Of a DNA stretch of 64,000 nucleotides, positions 63,180 to 64,000 are shown piece by piece. The stretch covers positions 33,790,001-33,854,000 of the forward strand of contig NC_083288.1 of NCBI RefSeq assembly GCF_963506605.1. The letters run 5' to 3'. Under the pieces are notes generated by a model. The model saw only the letters and a list, made by a program, of their open reading frames with translations, was not told the origin of the DNA and did not search any database. The stretch comes from Zootoca vivipara (Eukaryota). Numbering within the stretch: the first letter of the stretch is position 1; each line of letters begins with the position of its first letter. Both the position numbers and the translations under genes were made by a program.

Positions 63180-63740
63180 TTTTATAGAGGGGAAAGGGGA
63201 TTATCTCTCCCCCCTCACTTCTGATCCTCACCCCTGCTGTCCAGGCCTTTTTGTTCTCTTCCTGGCAGTGGTATCTGTAAAATAAATCCCTCCTCCCCTC
63301 CCCAGATTAACATCTGCCGCAGGGTAAGAGCTGTCAGCCAGGACTCCTCAGGCTGGGCAGAGGAAACAGAAGGGTCCAGAGATTCATGGGATGGGGTGCA
63401 GGGTTCTGCTGTGGCTGTCTGGGAAAGAGGGAGTGGGATTTAGTGGCAGATTTGATCCAGAACTCTTGCTGTGTCCTTTTGGGACACCTGAGTCTCCTCC
63501 TGATGATCGATTTGTTTATTTGTTCTGGTTTGCTTGCTGGGTGGTTATATGGCAACGACCGTTCATCTTACATTCACCCTGATTTGCTCACAGAGTGTTT
63601 ATATGTCTTCCCATTAATCAGTCATTTGTCTTAGACTTTGGAGTTCATTTTCCTGTCACTTTCCTAACTGCAAAAGTCTGATTATTATTTTTTAATTTAA
63701 AGATTTGTTGCTCTAAGGCAACAGAGCGCTTTAATCCACT
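63180..63740 (-). promoter_or_regulatory. CABP5 promoter: TATA box and K50-homeodomain (CRX/OTX2-type) sites
   Basis: TATAAAA on minus at 63180-63186. TAATCC/TAATCT/TAATCA cores at 63198-63203, 63304-63309, 63615-63620, 63679-63684 and 63732-63737. Confidence 0.65.
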
Positions 63741-63814
63741 TCAATTGCACAAACCTAAATTCTCCAGTACTGTAACCGCTTGAATCCCTCCCACAGAAAA
63801 CTGATAGTCTGGAG

Positions 63815-63950
63815 CAGGCATCCCCAAACTGCGGCCCTCCAGATGTTTTGGCCTACAACTCCCATGATCCCTAGCTAACAGGACCAGTGGTCAGGGATGA
63901 TGGGAATTGTAGTCCAAAACATCTGGAGGGCCGAAGTTTGGGGATGCCTG
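63815..63950. mobile_element. 136-bp hAT MITE, copy 3
   Basis: Same family as copy 1; 8-bp TSD GTCTGGAG. Confidence 0.9.
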
Positions 63951-64000
63951 GTCTGGAGGCACCCCGAGGGCCAATGAGTTAGGCTGCCAGCCTTGAAGCA

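Overview
This is vertebrate genomic DNA, almost certainly from a squamate and probably a lacertid lizard. That inference rests on Sauria-type SINEs, a tRNA-Lys/CR1-tailed SINE and squamate MITEs. Five complete multi-exon genes can be rebuilt by hand with GT-AG introns and consistent phases: APOBR (minus, 7 coding exons, 653 aa), CLN3 (plus, 15 coding exons, ~448 aa), EIF3C (plus, 20 coding exons, 912 aa), PRODH2 (plus, 10 exons, 471 aa) and CABP5 (minus, 6 exons, 173 aa). The window joins a human 16p11.2 block (APOBR-CLN3-EIF3C) directly to two human 19q13 genes (PRODH2, CABP5). Introns and intergenic DNA carry many DNA-transposon MITEs with intact TSDs, plus SINEs, LINE ends, microsatellites and two 130-N gaps. 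The best non-genic signals are: a minimal hammerhead ribozyme in a Penelope-like insertion just past the PRODH2 poly(A) signal; a Helitron carrying a promoter-like cassette; a CpG-rich MITE with ETS/YY1 motifs and a perfect splice donor just upstream of PRODH2 exon 8; a ~100-bp-arm palindromic MITE; and a SINE that probably supplies a branch point. I found no evidence for a wholly new gene family. Gene identities and repeat family names come from recalled sequences and literature, not database searches.
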